NCBI GenBank assembly: GCA_964482725.1
Contig: CAYZYT010000007.1
Span: 19,875-83,874 of the forward strand
Direction of reading: 5' to 3'
DNA: 64,000 nt
DNA from: an uncultured bacterium
Lineage (GTDB): Bacteria > Omnitrophota > Omnitrophia > Omnitrophales > Aquincolibacteriaceae
Position 1 is the first letter of the stretch. Each line of letters begins with the position of its first letter. The position numbers and the translations under genes were made by a program. Of this stretch, positions 16,947 through 27,248 are shown piece by piece. The notes under the pieces were generated by a model. It searched no databases and was not told the origin of the DNA. It saw only the letters and a program-made list of their open reading frames with translations.

Positions 16947-18621
16947 AACGCGGTTTAAGGGACTTCCGATCAGCCCGGGGGTCGCAGTAGCTCGCGTGTG
17001 TCTTTTTAATGAAAGCCGCCATGTAAGTCTTCCGGTCGCGGATGTGACGGACAAAGAGGTCCGGAGCGAGGGAGACCGGTTTCGGAAGGCGATCACAGTG
17101 GTGCGGGAAAAACTGTCGATCCTCATCAAAGAAGTGGATGCACGCGTCGGGAAGGCTGAAGCGGGGATCTTTACGGCCCAAAAAATGCTTCTCGAGGACC
17201 CGACCTTGATCGAAAGGATCACCGATCACATCCGGAGCAAAAATTTTAATGCCGAAAAAGCCGTGATCAGTTCGCTGGACTATTTCGAGGAACAGCTTGC
17301 GAAGGTGGACAACGAATATCTCAAGGAGCGCGCCTCGGACGTCGGAGAGGTCAAACGGCGGCTCCTGGATGCTTTGGCGAATCTGAACCCGTCTTTCCAG
17401 TGTCAAAATGATGCGTTCTGCGTCAGGGGAAAGAACCGGATCGTGATCGCCCAGGAGTTGACGCCCAGCCTTACGATGGAGCTCAACACGGACTCCATCC
17501 GGGGATTCGTGACCGACCGGGGAGGCGTGGCGTCGCACGCCGCTATTTTGGCCCGTTCGCTCAGGATCCCGGCCGTGAGCGGTATTCCGGGGATTCACGA
17601 CATGATCTTTTGCGGGACCGAAGTGCTTGTGAACGGGGACACCGGAGAGGTTGTGATCTGGCCGAGCAAGAAAACGCTTTCGCAGTATCCGGATCTTCGG
17701 CTAGCGGCGGCCGAAGAGATCCCGGCGGTTGCGCCTGTGGCGGGGCTCAAAGTGTTCGCCAATCTGAGCCTTGCCAAAGATGTGAAGGAGGCTGTGGTGC
17801 ATGAGGCGGAAGGGATCGGGCTTTACCGCACCGAGTTCGAATTCTTTTCGGCGGGGAAGATCCTCAGTGAAATGGAACAATACAGTCTTTATCTAGAAGT
17901 TCTGAAGGCTATGAAAGAAAAATCGGTCTATTTCAGGATGCTGGATTTGGGAGGCGACAAGACCGCTGATTTTCTCAAACTTGAAAAGGAGCAAAATCCC
18001 GCGCTGGGTTTGCGCGGGAGTCGCCTCCTTCTGGGGCACCCGGAGCTTTTTAGAAGCCAGGCCAGGGCGTTGGCCCGGGCTTCAGTGCACGATCGCGTTT
18101 ATGTGATGTATCCCATGGTGATCGATATTGTGCAATTTCGGAAACTGAAAAAAGCCTTCGAGGAAGCGACCGAGGATGTCCCGCAGGGCGAGATCAAACA
18201 TGGATTGATGTTTGAAGTTCCTTCGGCCTGCCTGGATGCGGAGGAGATCCTTCGGGAGGCGGATTTCGGGAGCATCGGGACGAACGATCTGATCCAGTAT
18301 CTTTTTGCCGTGGACCGGGACAACGAATTTGTCGCGTATGACCACCATCCGGACCGGAAGGCGTTTTGGCATCTGATCCATCACGTCGCGGCCGCGGCGA
18401 AGAAGCACCGGAAGCCCTTGTCGGTGTGCGGGGATCTGGCCAGCCACCCGGAATATGCCCGTCATCTGATGAAAGAGGGGATCCGCGCCGTGAGCGTGGC
18501 CCCGCGGGCCATCACGGGTCTCAGGATCGCGATCAAGAATAAACCAAAACTTTCAAAGAAAAATCAACGGGGAAGTCTTCTTAAAAATACTTTCCCGATT
18601 ACAAAAAAAACGAGGAGATGA
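16921..18621 (+). CDS. ptsI: PEP-protein phosphotransferase (PTS enzyme I)
   Basis: GGVASHAAILARS phospho-His motif, GIGLYRTEF, RMLDLGGDK, NPALGLRG, SIGTNDLIQY and SVCG. Confidence 0.9.
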   Translation: MAMVHPAAETRFKGLPISPGVAVARVCLFNESRHVSLPVADVTDKEVRSEGDRFRKAITVVREKLSILIKEVDARVGKAEAGIFTAQKMLLEDPTLIERITDHIRSKNFNAEKAVISSLDYFEEQLAKVDNEYLKERASDVGEVKRRLLDALANLNPSFQCQNDAFCVRGKNRIVIAQELTPSLTMELNTDSIRGFVTDRGGVASHAAILARSLRIPAVSGIPGIHDMIFCGTEVLVNGDTGEVVIWPSKKTLSQYPDLRLAAAEEIPAVAPVAGLKVFANLSLAKDVKEAVVHEAEGIGLYRTEFEFFSAGKILSEMEQYSLYLEVLKAMKEKSVYFRMLDLGGDKTADFLKLEKEQNPALGLRGSRLLLGHPELFRSQARALARASVHDRVYVMYPMVIDIVQFRKLKKAFEEATEDVPQGEIKHGLMFEVPSACLDAEEILREADFGSIGTNDLIQYLFAVDRDNEFVAYDHHPDRKAFWHLIHHVAAAAKKHRKPLSVCGDLASHPEYARHLMKEGIRAVSVAPRAITGLRIAIKNKPKLSKKNQRGSLLKNTFPITKKTRR

Positions 18622-18624
18622 TCT

Positions 18625-20301
18625 ATGGGAATGTTCTGCTTTCAGTGCGAACAAACATCTAAAGGAAAAGGCTGCGACGTGAAGGGAGTTTGCGGGAAAA
18701 CGCCCGAGGTTGCGACGCTTCAGGATCTTTTGGTCCACGCGACAAAAGGGATCGCTATTTATGCGCATTTGGCTCGCGAGATCGGTGTGAAGGATTCGGC
18801 GGCGGATCATTTTGTGATCGAGGGTCTTTTTGCGACTGTGACGAATGTGGATTTTGATCCTAAAAGGCTTCAGGAGACGCTCCTGCGCGCTTATGCGATC
18901 AAGGAAAACATCAAAAAGCTTTTCCTGGACGCCTATAAAAAGAAGGTCGGGCATGATTTTGACGGGGAGCTTTCGGCCACGGCGTATTGGAAACCTGCAG
19001 ACAGTCTGGCGGGACTTGAAGAACAGGGAAGCAAGGTCGGCGTTCTCTCCGACAAAACATTGAATGAGGATATCCGGAGCCTTCGCGAGCTTCTTCTTTA
19101 CGGGCTCAAGGGGATGGCGGCCTATGCGGACCACGCGTATGTGCTGGGTCGGGAGGATGATGAGGTCACGGCGTTCTTCCATAAAGGGTTGCGCGCACTT
19201 ACCGACAACAGTTTGACCGTTGATGATCTTGTGGGGCTGAACATGCAGTTCGGGATGGTGAATCTCAAATGTCTCGAGCTTCTGGACAAGGCGCACACCG
19301 ATCATTTCGGGCATCCGGTGCCGACGGGCGTATCACTGGGTGTGAAAAAAGGGCCTGCGATCCTGGTGTCGGGGCATGATCTGCTCGATCTGGAACAGCT
19401 TCTTCAGCAGACGGAAGGCAAGGGTGTGAACATTTATACGCACGGCGAGATGCTGCCGGCGCACGGGTACCCGGGCCTTAAAAAATACAAGCATCTTGTC
19501 GCCAATTACGGCGGCGCGTGGCAGGACCAGGCCCAGGAATTCGACGCGTTTCCGGGTGCGATCCTCATGACCACGAATTGCATCCAGCAGCCGCGCGAAA
19601 GTTACAAGGGCCGGATCTTTACGACGGGTCTTGTGGCGTGGCCGGGGGTCGAGCACATCAATCCCGTGAACGGGAAAAAAGATTTTTCGGCGGTGATCAA
19701 GAAAGCGATCGCGGCCGGCGGTTTTTCTCAGGACATTCCCGCGAAGAACATCGTGGTCGGGTTTGGCCACAACGCGGTGCTGGGGGTTGCGGACAAGGTC
19801 ATTGGCGCAGTGAAAGCGGGACAGATCAAACATTTTTTCCTGGTGGGCGGATGCGACGGCGCGAAGCCCGGAAGAAATTACTACACGGAATTTGCTGAAC
19901 AGGCGCCTAAGGATACGGTGATCCTGACGCTTGCGTGTGGCAAATATCGTTTTAACAAGCTTGAGTTCGGGGATATCGGCGGCATCCCGAGACTTCTCGA
20001 TATGGGGCAGTGCAATGACGCTTATTCTGCGATCCAGGTAGCGGTCGCGTTGGCGAAAGCTTTCGGTTGCGGCGTGAACGATCTGCCGCTTTCGATGATC
20101 CTTTCCTGGTACGAGCAAAAGGCGGTCTGCATTCTGCTGACGCTTTTGGCGCTTGGGATCCAGAATATCCGGATCGGGCCTTCGCTTCCGGCGTTCGTCA
20201 GTGCGAACGTGCTCAGCGTGCTTGTCGAGAAGTTCAACATCAAGCCCGTGACCACGGCCAAAGAAGACCTCGCCGCGATCCTTGGGACTGTAAAAGCCTG
20301 A
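18625..20301 (+). CDS. hcp: Hybrid cluster protein (hydroxylamine/NO reductase)
   Basis: MFCFQCEQT...GCDVKGVCGK, SGHDL, YTHGEMLPAHGYP, GGCDG, ACGKYRF, GQCND and SWYEQKAV. Confidence 0.97.
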   Translation: MGMFCFQCEQTSKGKGCDVKGVCGKTPEVATLQDLLVHATKGIAIYAHLAREIGVKDSAADHFVIEGLFATVTNVDFDPKRLQETLLRAYAIKENIKKLFLDAYKKKVGHDFDGELSATAYWKPADSLAGLEEQGSKVGVLSDKTLNEDIRSLRELLLYGLKGMAAYADHAYVLGREDDEVTAFFHKGLRALTDNSLTVDDLVGLNMQFGMVNLKCLELLDKAHTDHFGHPVPTGVSLGVKKGPAILVSGHDLLDLEQLLQQTEGKGVNIYTHGEMLPAHGYPGLKKYKHLVANYGGAWQDQAQEFDAFPGAILMTTNCIQQPRESYKGRIFTTGLVAWPGVEHINPVNGKKDFSAVIKKAIAAGGFSQDIPAKNIVVGFGHNAVLGVADKVIGAVKAGQIKHFFLVGGCDGAKPGRNYYTEFAEQAPKDTVILTLACGKYRFNKLEFGDIGGIPRLLDMGQCNDAYSAIQVAVALAKAFGCGVNDLPLSMILSWYEQKAVCILLTLLALGIQNIRIGPSLPAFVSANVLSVLVEKFNIKPVTTAKEDLAAILGTVKA

Positions 20302-20325
20302 ATAGGCATCGCTGGGCTGCAATAA

Positions 20326-20666
20326 AATCCCAATGCGAAGAGGTACGCTCGCGAGACGGAACGGGCACGGTGGCGGGCAGGAATCGTCCCTCGACACCGG
20401 CCGTTCACTCGCTCCAGCGGCGAGTGACAGCCTGAGCTCTCACTGATGGGACCTGCTAGCAGGACCCATCTCCCATCAGCTCCGAGAGCTGTCTCGAGAC
20501 GATTCCTGCCCGCCGAGTGAAGTCGGTCCCAATACCTATCAATTTTCACGAAGTGAAAATTGGGGCAGTCCTTGTTTACGATCAAGAGAAAAAATGACAA
20601 GGACGGCGCGCGAGCGAAGAGCGCCTCGCTGGGGCGATCTGAGCGATGACGAGGCGCATTGGGATT
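20326..20666. mobile_element. ~340-bp non-coding palindromic element, copy 2
   Basis: TIR aatcccaatgcg...cgcattgggatt; homologous to 3613-3966. Confidence 0.75.
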
Positions 20667-20795
20667 GAAAGGTATGTTCTGTGGAAGGGAATCCGTTTGA
20701 TATGCGAAGGATTCCGTGATGTAATACAGCGCAATTTTTGGGACCCTCGCGGGGATACGACGTGGGGGTTTTTCTCTCTTAATAAAGGCGGAACT

Positions 20796-21593
20796 ATGGA
20801 ATCATCCCAATACAAATATATTTATGGGCCTGTTTCTTCCTGGAGATTGGGTCGTTCGCTTGGGATCGATCCGATCTCTTCCTTCCAGAAGATATGCACC
20901 TTTGATTGCGTGTATTGCCAGGCGGGGAGGACCGAGGTGCTCTCCAACAAACGTGAAGTTTTTGTCCCCACGGAAGTCCTGATGCATGAGCTGCGTTCCG
21001 TGCCTGATATTGCGCTCGACTATATCACCTTCGCGGGGAACGGCGAGCCGACGCTTGCGAAAAATCTCGGAGAAATGATCCGCGGGATCAAAATGTTCCG
21101 TACGGAGAAGATCGCGGTGATCACCAATGCCTCGCTGATCAACCGCACGGATGTGGCGGAAGACCTGTTGCTTGCGGATCTTGTGGAAGCCAAACTGGAC
21201 GCGTCCTCGGCCGGATCCTTTCAGTCGGTCAATCAACCCATGCCGGAGATCCTCTGGGAAGATATCGTGGAGGGGCTCAAGGCGTTCCGGAAGGTTTATC
21301 ACGGGCATTTGACCTTGCAGGTTATGTTCGTCGCGAGCAACAAGTCGTGCGCTGCGGCCCTTGCGAAGATCGCTCACCAGATCGGTCCTGAGGAAGTCGA
21401 GATCAACACACCTCTCCGGGCTTGTGCCGTGAAGCCGCTGTCGATCGGGGATATGGAAGAGATCACCGCGATCTTCCGCGGGATCTGCGGCGGCGCGATC
21501 AAAGTGCGAAGCGTCTATGAGGCGAAACGGGAGAAAAGCCTGCCGTTCTGCCAGCCCTCGACCGAGAGGCGGCGCGGGAAAGAGAATCCTTAA
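20796..21593 (+). CDS. Radical SAM protein
   Basis: YGPVSSWRLGRSLGID, CTFDCVYC (CxxxCxxC) and GNGEPTL. Confidence 0.9.
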   Translation: MESSQYKYIYGPVSSWRLGRSLGIDPISSFQKICTFDCVYCQAGRTEVLSNKREVFVPTEVLMHELRSVPDIALDYITFAGNGEPTLAKNLGEMIRGIKMFRTEKIAVITNASLINRTDVAEDLLLADLVEAKLDASSAGSFQSVNQPMPEILWEDIVEGLKAFRKVYHGHLTLQVMFVASNKSCAAALAKIAHQIGPEEVEINTPLRACAVKPLSIGDMEEITAIFRGICGGAIKVRSVYEAKREKSLPFCQPSTERRRGKENP

Positions 21594-21653
21594 GCCGTAT
21601 TGCCATTGGCCGTAAAAAAAAGTAAACTGAGCACCTTTCGGAGCCATCATTAT

Positions 21654-22622
21654 ATGAAAGATCTTCCAAACGACGTGACAACGCAAGAGCTTCTCCGCCA
21701 GATCGCTCTTCTCAAGAAAGAGCGTGAGGCCGTGATCCTGGCGCACAATTATCAGCCGCCGGAGATCCAGGACCTTGCTGATTTTACCGGCGATTCGCTT
21801 GAGCTGAGCCGTATTGCGGCCAAAACTCCCGCCAAAGTGATCGTCTTCTGCGGCGTTCAGTTCATGGGGGAGACTGCCGCGATCCTTTCTCCCGATAAAA
21901 CCGTACTTCTGCCAGTCCTGGAAGCCGGCTGCACGCTGGCGGATTATGCAACGGCGGAGCGGCTCCGCGAGATGAAAGCGAAATATCCGGAGGCCGTGGT
22001 GGTGACCTACGTGAATAGCTCCGCCGAAGTGAAAGCGGAAACGGATATTTGCTGCACCTCCGCCAACGCGGTCCAGATCGTCGCTTCGATCGATTCTAAC
22101 CGGCCGATCCTTTTTGTGCCGGATTATAATTTAGGGCATTACGCGGCCAAGATGACAGGGCGCAGTGTGATCTTGTGGGATGGCTGCTGTCCGACGCACG
22201 CGCTTCTTTCAACCTTTGCCATCGCGAAGGCGAAGAAAAAATGGCCGGAAGCCCAAGTGATCATGCACCCGGAATGCAAGCCTGAGACTCTGGAACTGGC
22301 GGATTTTGTGGGAAGCACCTCGGGGATGCTCAGCTATGTCAAAACACAACCTGCGGGAACTTCTTTTATTGTCGGGACCGAGGTCGGGTTGCTTCACCGG
22401 CTTCAAAAGGAGAATCCGGACAAGGTGTTCCATGCGGCTTCGGACTATCTGATCTGCCCGATGATGAAGATGACGACCCTCAAAGATGTGAAGAACTCGC
22501 TTGAAAAGATGCAGTATGTCGTGAAAGTTGAAGCGTCTGTTCGTTTGCGTGCGAAAGCCGCGGTCGACGCCATGCTCGAATATACCGGCGCGGCTGCGAA
22601 AGTTGTGAAAAAAGAATCCTGA
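21654..22622 (+). CDS. nadA: Quinolinate synthase A
   Basis: ILAHNYQ, GDSLELS, FCGVQFMGETA, YVNSSAEVKA, CTSANA, HPEC and CPMMK. Confidence 0.96.
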   Translation: MKDLPNDVTTQELLRQIALLKKEREAVILAHNYQPPEIQDLADFTGDSLELSRIAAKTPAKVIVFCGVQFMGETAAILSPDKTVLLPVLEAGCTLADYATAERLREMKAKYPEAVVVTYVNSSAEVKAETDICCTSANAVQIVASIDSNRPILFVPDYNLGHYAAKMTGRSVILWDGCCPTHALLSTFAIAKAKKKWPEAQVIMHPECKPETLELADFVGSTSGMLSYVKTQPAGTSFIVGTEVGLLHRLQKENPDKVFHAASDYLICPMMKMTTLKDVKNSLEKMQYVVKVEASVRLRAKAAVDAMLEYTGAAAKVVKKES

Positions 22623-22629
22623 AAAGCGC

Positions 22630-22688
22630 GTCATTCTGAGCGAAGCGAAGAATCTCGAAAGGAGATCCTTCACTCCGTTCAGGATGAC
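22630..22688. repeat. REP-like palindrome
   Basis: gtcattctgagcgaagcgaagaatctc-gaaag-gagatccttcactccgttcaggatgac. Confidence 0.8.
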
Positions 22689-22717
22689 GGGTATTATTCT
22701 AAGGGCCTGGGGGAACA

Positions 22718-24493
22718 ATGAGAAAAGCTGTAAATCCTGGAATCGAAGCTATTCAAAAACACGGAAGCCGCGTCGTTGGGGAAGGCATGCATATGCTGCC
22801 GGCGGCGGGGCTGATGGTGGCTGCCGGGGTGCTCGGGACCGTTGCCGACCGGAAGAAGAAATTTGTGACCGTGATCAATTCCTATACGACCCATATTCCG
22901 GGCCATGTTCATTTAAATGTTCTGGGCGAAAAGCTTGTCGCGGTGCTTAAGGCCAAAGGTTACAACGTTTGGTACGCGAATATCGGCGCGGCGATCTGCG
23001 ATGGGATTGCTATGGGCCACTTTGGGATGAAGTACTCGCTGCCTTCCCGCGAGCTGATCACGGATCAGATCGAAAGCATCATTGGCGCGCATCCTTGCGA
23101 CGGGTGGATCGGGATCGGCAATTGCGACAAGATCGTGCCGGGGATGATGAACGCCATGGTGCGCTTGAATATTCCCTCAGTCTATGTGAGCGGCGGGCCG
23201 ATGCTCGCGGGGCAAAAGAATACCGATCTCATTACGATCTTTGAGGGCGTGGGGAGCGAAGCGGCCGGCAAGATGTCCCCGGGCCAGCTTGAGGAGCTTG
23301 CCAATACCGCGTGCCGCACTTGTGGCAGCTGCGCGGGTATGTTCACGGCCAATTCCATGAACTGCCTTGCGGAAGCGATCGGCTTGGCGCAGCCGGGCAA
23401 TGGGACGATCCCTGCGGCCGCGTGGACCGATTCGAAAAAAACGGCTTGGGTCATCAATCCGGAACGTATCAAGCTGGTCGAACAGGCGGCGGATACTTTG
23501 GAGAACGCGCTTCTCAATAATATTCGTCCGCTGGATATTGTGACGAAAGCCTCGATTGATAATGCTTTTATCCTGGATCTTGCGATGGGAGGCTCCACGA
23601 ATACGATCCTCCATACTCTCGCGCTGGCTTGTGAGGCCGGGATCACTTATCCCATCAAACGTCTCAATCTCCTTGCGAAGCTTACGCCCACGGTCTGCAA
23701 AGTGTCGCCGTCGCGTCCGGAAATTCATTTGGAAGATGTGCATCGAGTGGGCGGTATCCCGGCCATTCTTAAGGCTGTTGAGATGAAAGGCGGGACGCTT
23801 TTGGATCTTGATATCAGGACGTGCCTGGGCAATCTTCGGGGTGTGGTGGAAAAGGCGCCTGATCCGGACGGCGATATCATTCGTTCCGGGGAGAAGGTCT
23901 TTTCGAAGGAAGGCGGACTCGCGGTTCTTTATGGCAATATTGCGCCGGAAGGTTCGGTGGTGAAGACTGCGGGGGTGGATAAAGATATGATGCAATTCAC
24001 CGGACGGGCGAAATGTTACGACTCTCAGGAAAGTGCGCTCGCGGCGATCTTGAAAGGCAAAGTGACGGACGGCGATGTGGTGGTGATCCGGTTCGAAGGT
24101 CCGAAAGGCGGGCCCGGGATGCAGGAGATGCTTTCACCGACCTCGGCTTTGAAAGGACGCGGTATCAAGGCAGCGCTGATCACGGACGGTCGTTTCTCCG
24201 GCGGAACGCGCGGGCTTTGTATCGGACATATTTCTCCGGAGGCGGCTGCCGGCGGGCCGATCGCGATCATCAAGAATGGTGACATCATCAAGATCGATGC
24301 TTGGAAAAGGACGATGGATGTGGAGCTCCCGGCCAAGGAGATCAAAAAAAGGCTTTCCAAGCTCAAGCCATTCACGCCCAAGGTCACGGGCGGATGGCTC
24401 GGACGATATGCCCGCCATGTCTTAAGCGCTCACACGGGCGCCGTGATGGATAACGTGGTTCTCAATTCAAACAAGAAAAAAGGGAGATCCTAA
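22718..24493 (+). CDS. ilvD: Dihydroxy-acid dehydratase
   Basis: [58 protein letters not shown] and HISPEA. Confidence 0.96.
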   Translation: MRKAVNPGIEAIQKHGSRVVGEGMHMLPAAGLMVAAGVLGTVADRKKKFVTVINSYTTHIPGHVHLNVLGEKLVAVLKAKGYNVWYANIGAAICDGIAMGHFGMKYSLPSRELITDQIESIIGAHPCDGWIGIGNCDKIVPGMMNAMVRLNIPSVYVSGGPMLAGQKNTDLITIFEGVGSEAAGKMSPGQLEELANTACRTCGSCAGMFTANSMNCLAEAIGLAQPGNGTIPAAAWTDSKKTAWVINPERIKLVEQAADTLENALLNNIRPLDIVTKASIDNAFILDLAMGGSTNTILHTLALACEAGITYPIKRLNLLAKLTPTVCKVSPSRPEIHLEDVHRVGGIPAILKAVEMKGGTLLDLDIRTCLGNLRGVVEKAPDPDGDIIRSGEKVFSKEGGLAVLYGNIAPEGSVVKTAGVDKDMMQFTGRAKCYDSQESALAAILKGKVTDGDVVVIRFEGPKGGPGMQEMLSPTSALKGRGIKAALITDGRFSGGTRGLCIGHISPEAAAGGPIAIIKNGDIIKIDAWKRTMDVELPAKEIKKRLSKLKPFTPKVTGGWLGRYARHVLSAHTGAVMDNVVLNSNKKKGRS

Positions 24494-24494
24494 A

Positions 24495-24983
24495 ATGATC
24501 AGTAAGAAAATGACCGCACTTTTGAACGACCAGTTAAACTTCGAAATGCACTCGGCTTATGTTTATCTCGGGATGGTTGCCTATGCTTCTTCTCTCGGTC
24601 TGAATGGGATCGCCGGTTGGTTCAGGATCCAGGTGAAGGAAGAACTGGAGCATGCCGGGAAATTTTTCGGGTACATTCAGCAGCAGAGCGGCGAGGTTGA
24701 ACTCAAGGATATCGCAGCAAGCAAGCTGGAGTTTGCGACCGCGGCATCGCTTTTTGAGGAATCCCTGAAGCATGAGAGGAAAGTCACCAAAAGGATCCAG
24801 GACCTCACGGCTGCGGCCAAGAAAGAGAATGACTATTCGACAGATTCTTTTCTTCTTTGGTTCCTGAATGAGCAGGTTGAGGAAGAGGCTCAGCTCACAG
24901 ACATTCTTCAGAAGCTCGCGATCGGCGGCAAAACCGGAAATTCGCTCCTGATCCTTGACGGGATTCTGGGTCAAAGGAAATAA
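24495..24983 (+). CDS. ftnA: Non-heme ferritin
   Basis: LNDQLNFEMHSAYVYL, EELEHA, HERKVT and WFLNEQVEEE. Confidence 0.92.
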   Translation: MISKKMTALLNDQLNFEMHSAYVYLGMVAYASSLGLNGIAGWFRIQVKEELEHAGKFFGYIQQQSGEVELKDIAASKLEFATAASLFEESLKHERKVTKRIQDLTAAAKKENDYSTDSFLLWFLNEQVEEEAQLTDILQKLAIGGKTGNSLLILDGILGQRK

Positions 24984-24997
24984 AGGGAGGAGTTCCG

Positions 24998-26191
24998 ATG
25001 AAAGCGATCCCGATTGCGGAGAATATCTGGTGGGTCGGAGCGATCGACTGGCATGCCCATCATTTTCACGGGCAGACTTTTACCACGAAGCGCGGCACGA
25101 CTTATAATGCCTACCTGATCCTGGATGAGAAGATCACGCTGATCGATACGGTGTACGGTCCTTTTGCGGAGGAAATGCTCCAGAGGATCCGCTCCGTCAT
25201 TCCGGTCGAGAAGATCGATACGGTGATCGTCAATCACATTGAGCCGGATCACTCCGGTGCTTTGCCCTCCTTGGTCAAGCTTTGCCCGAGTGCCAAACTC
25301 TACGGAAGTGCGCGAGCGGGACAGGGGCTGGAACGCTATTACCAGCAAAAATTCAATTTCCATGCGGTGAAAACCGGCGACAAATTAAGCCTCGGAAAAA
25401 GGACGCTTAATTTTATCGAGATCCCGATGATCCATTGGCCGGATAGCATGATGAGCTATCTCTCGGAAGACCAGATTCTCTTTTCCAACGACGCCTTCGG
25501 CCAGCATTACGCGACGAGCGAACGTTTCGATGACGAAGTGCCGCAGGAGACTCTCATGGAAGAAGCGGGGAAGTATTATGCCGGCATTTTGTGGCCCTTC
25601 AGCCATTTGATCGGCCAGAGGCTCTCGGAGATCGAAAAGATGGCCATCCCCATCAAAATGATCGCGACCTCCCATGGCCTGAGCTGGCGGAAAGATCCAG
25701 GAAAGATCATTCAGGCTTATAAGCGCTGGGCCACGAATGCGACGACGCCGAAGATCGTGGTGGTCTATGAAACGATGTGGGGCTCCACCGCGAAGATGGC
25801 GCAAAAGATCGTGGAAGGGATAAACGACGCCGGGGTGAAATACGAACTTTATGACATGGCGCAAGCGGATCGCACCGAAGTGATCCACGATATGCTCGAT
25901 GCCAAGGCTTTTATCGTCGGTTCCTCGAACCACGATAGCGGCATTCTCCCGAACATGACCTCGTTTATGGAAATGCTCAAAGGCCTGCATCCCAAGAACC
26001 GCATCGGTTGTGCCTTTGGTTCTTACGGATGGTCCGGGATCGCGATCCAATCGTTGCAGAACACGCTCGCCGCAGCGGGGGTGGAGATCGTCCAGCCGTT
26101 GCTTTCGGTCGTTTATGCCCCCGATGAAGCGCAGCTTGCGGCTTGTTATGAACTCGGTCAAAAAATGGCGGAACTCGTTCTTAAAAAATAA
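24998..26191 (+). CDS. fprA: Flavodiiron protein (FprA/NorV-type O2/NO reductase)
   Basis: GTTYNAYL, NHIEPDHSG, HWPDSM, SNDAFGQH and a flavodoxin domain (YETMWGST, AFGSYGWSG). Confidence 0.93.
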   Translation: MKAIPIAENIWWVGAIDWHAHHFHGQTFTTKRGTTYNAYLILDEKITLIDTVYGPFAEEMLQRIRSVIPVEKIDTVIVNHIEPDHSGALPSLVKLCPSAKLYGSARAGQGLERYYQQKFNFHAVKTGDKLSLGKRTLNFIEIPMIHWPDSMMSYLSEDQILFSNDAFGQHYATSERFDDEVPQETLMEEAGKYYAGILWPFSHLIGQRLSEIEKMAIPIKMIATSHGLSWRKDPGKIIQAYKRWATNATTPKIVVVYETMWGSTAKMAQKIVEGINDAGVKYELYDMAQADRTEVIHDMLDAKAFIVGSSNHDSGILPNMTSFMEMLKGLHPKNRIGCAFGSYGWSGIAIQSLQNTLAAAGVEIVQPLLSVVYAPDEAQLAACYELGQKMAELVLKK

Positions 26192-26200
26192 TTGATCATA

Positions 26201-26231
26201 AGGGACGGTTCTCCCGCCGAGAACCGTCCCT
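26201..26231. repeat. Perfect 13-bp hairpin between fprA and nitroreductase
   Basis: agggacggttctc-ccgcc-gagaaccgtccct, with no U tract. Confidence 0.6.
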
Positions 26232-26250
26232 GAGAAGCAGGATGTGAACT

Positions 26251-26745
26251 ATGGAAACCTTGGATGCTCTCGCGAAGCGCGCAAGTGCCCGCGACTACAT
26301 GAACCAGCCCGTTCCCAAAGACATGCTGGAAAAGCTCGTCGATGCGGGACGGCGTGCGCCGAGTGCCCGGGCGGTGGAGCCCTGGGAATTCGTGGTGATC
26401 ACGGAGCGAGCGACGCTCGACAAGCTCGCAGGGATCATCAGCACCGGAGTGTTCCTCAAACAAGCGACGGCCTGCGTGGTGGTTTTCTGCCAAGACACAA
26501 AATATTATCTCGAAGATGGTTCCGCGGCGACAGAGAATATCCTTCTCGCGGCCACAGACCTGGGGCTGGGCACCTGCTGGATCGCGGGGGATAAAAAAGA
26601 ATATTGCGAAGAAGTCTCCAAGCTCCTTGGTGCTCCCGCGCACCTCAAGCTCATCAGTCTGATTTCGGTCGGCTGGGCCGTCCGCGAACCCAAGCAGCGC
26701 AAACGCCGCACCCTCTCCGAAGTCCTCCACTGGGAAAAGATCTGA
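26251..26745 (+). CDS. Nitroreductase-family protein
   Basis: KRASARDY, APSARAVEPWEF and ENILLAATDLGLGTCWI. Confidence 0.92.
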   Translation: METLDALAKRASARDYMNQPVPKDMLEKLVDAGRRAPSARAVEPWEFVVITERATLDKLAGIISTGVFLKQATACVVVFCQDTKYYLEDGSAATENILLAATDLGLGTCWIAGDKKEYCEEVSKLLGAPAHLKLISLISVGWAVREPKQRKRRTLSEVLHWEKI

Positions 26746-26904
26746 TCGCGTAGGGGGGAAGGCTTTTCGCGAGGTCTTTTACGCCCGACAGAAAAGAGAT
26801 GCAAAGGGGGGGGATTTAACGTATAGTACCGCATCAAAAATGATGTCCCCCTCTGGGGCGCTTCGTTCTGGGGGGCGTGCAGCATAACAGGGAGATTCAC
26901 CGTA

Positions 26905-27105
26905 ATGGCAAAAGGTAAAGTGAAGTGGTTCAATAATCAAAAAGGTTATGGATTCATCACGCCTGAGAATGGCGCCGATGTGTTTGTCCATCACACTGCG
27001 ATCCAGGGCGAAGGCTATAAGTCTTTAGAAGAAGGTCAGGCCGTGGAGTTCGAGATCACCCAAGGTCCTAAGGGCGATCAAGCGGTCAACGTCGTCAAGG
27101 CGTAA
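26905..27105 (+). CDS. cspA: Cold-shock protein
   Basis: [15 protein letters not shown] and DVFVHHTAI. Confidence 0.95.
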   Translation: MAKGKVKWFNNQKGYGFITPENGADVFVHHTAIQGEGYKSLEEGQAVEFEITQGPKGDQAVNVVKA

Positions 27106-27118
27106 AAGTCCGTAAAGT

Positions 27119-27154
27119 CCAGGGCCCGGTTTTAAAGCCGGGCCCTGGTTTTTT
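27119..27154 (+). terminator. Intrinsic terminator after csp
   Basis: ccagggcccggt-tttaaa-gccgggccctgg-tttttt. Confidence 0.88.
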
Positions 27155-27248
27155 ATCCCTTGGTTCAGAATCAAATTCCTCCAGTTTTCACTCAGAAATT
27201 TTCCTGAAAAGCCGGGGCTCTCGTTCTGGCTTTTTCAATTAAGGACCT

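Noticed and set aside
20646-20795. N-terminal extensions in the ORF track for radical SAM (also MFS 8269-8373, glgP 4015-4080 and sufU 39172-39243)
   Set aside because: They run through repeats or spacers; downstream ATGs with RBS match the expected family N-termini.
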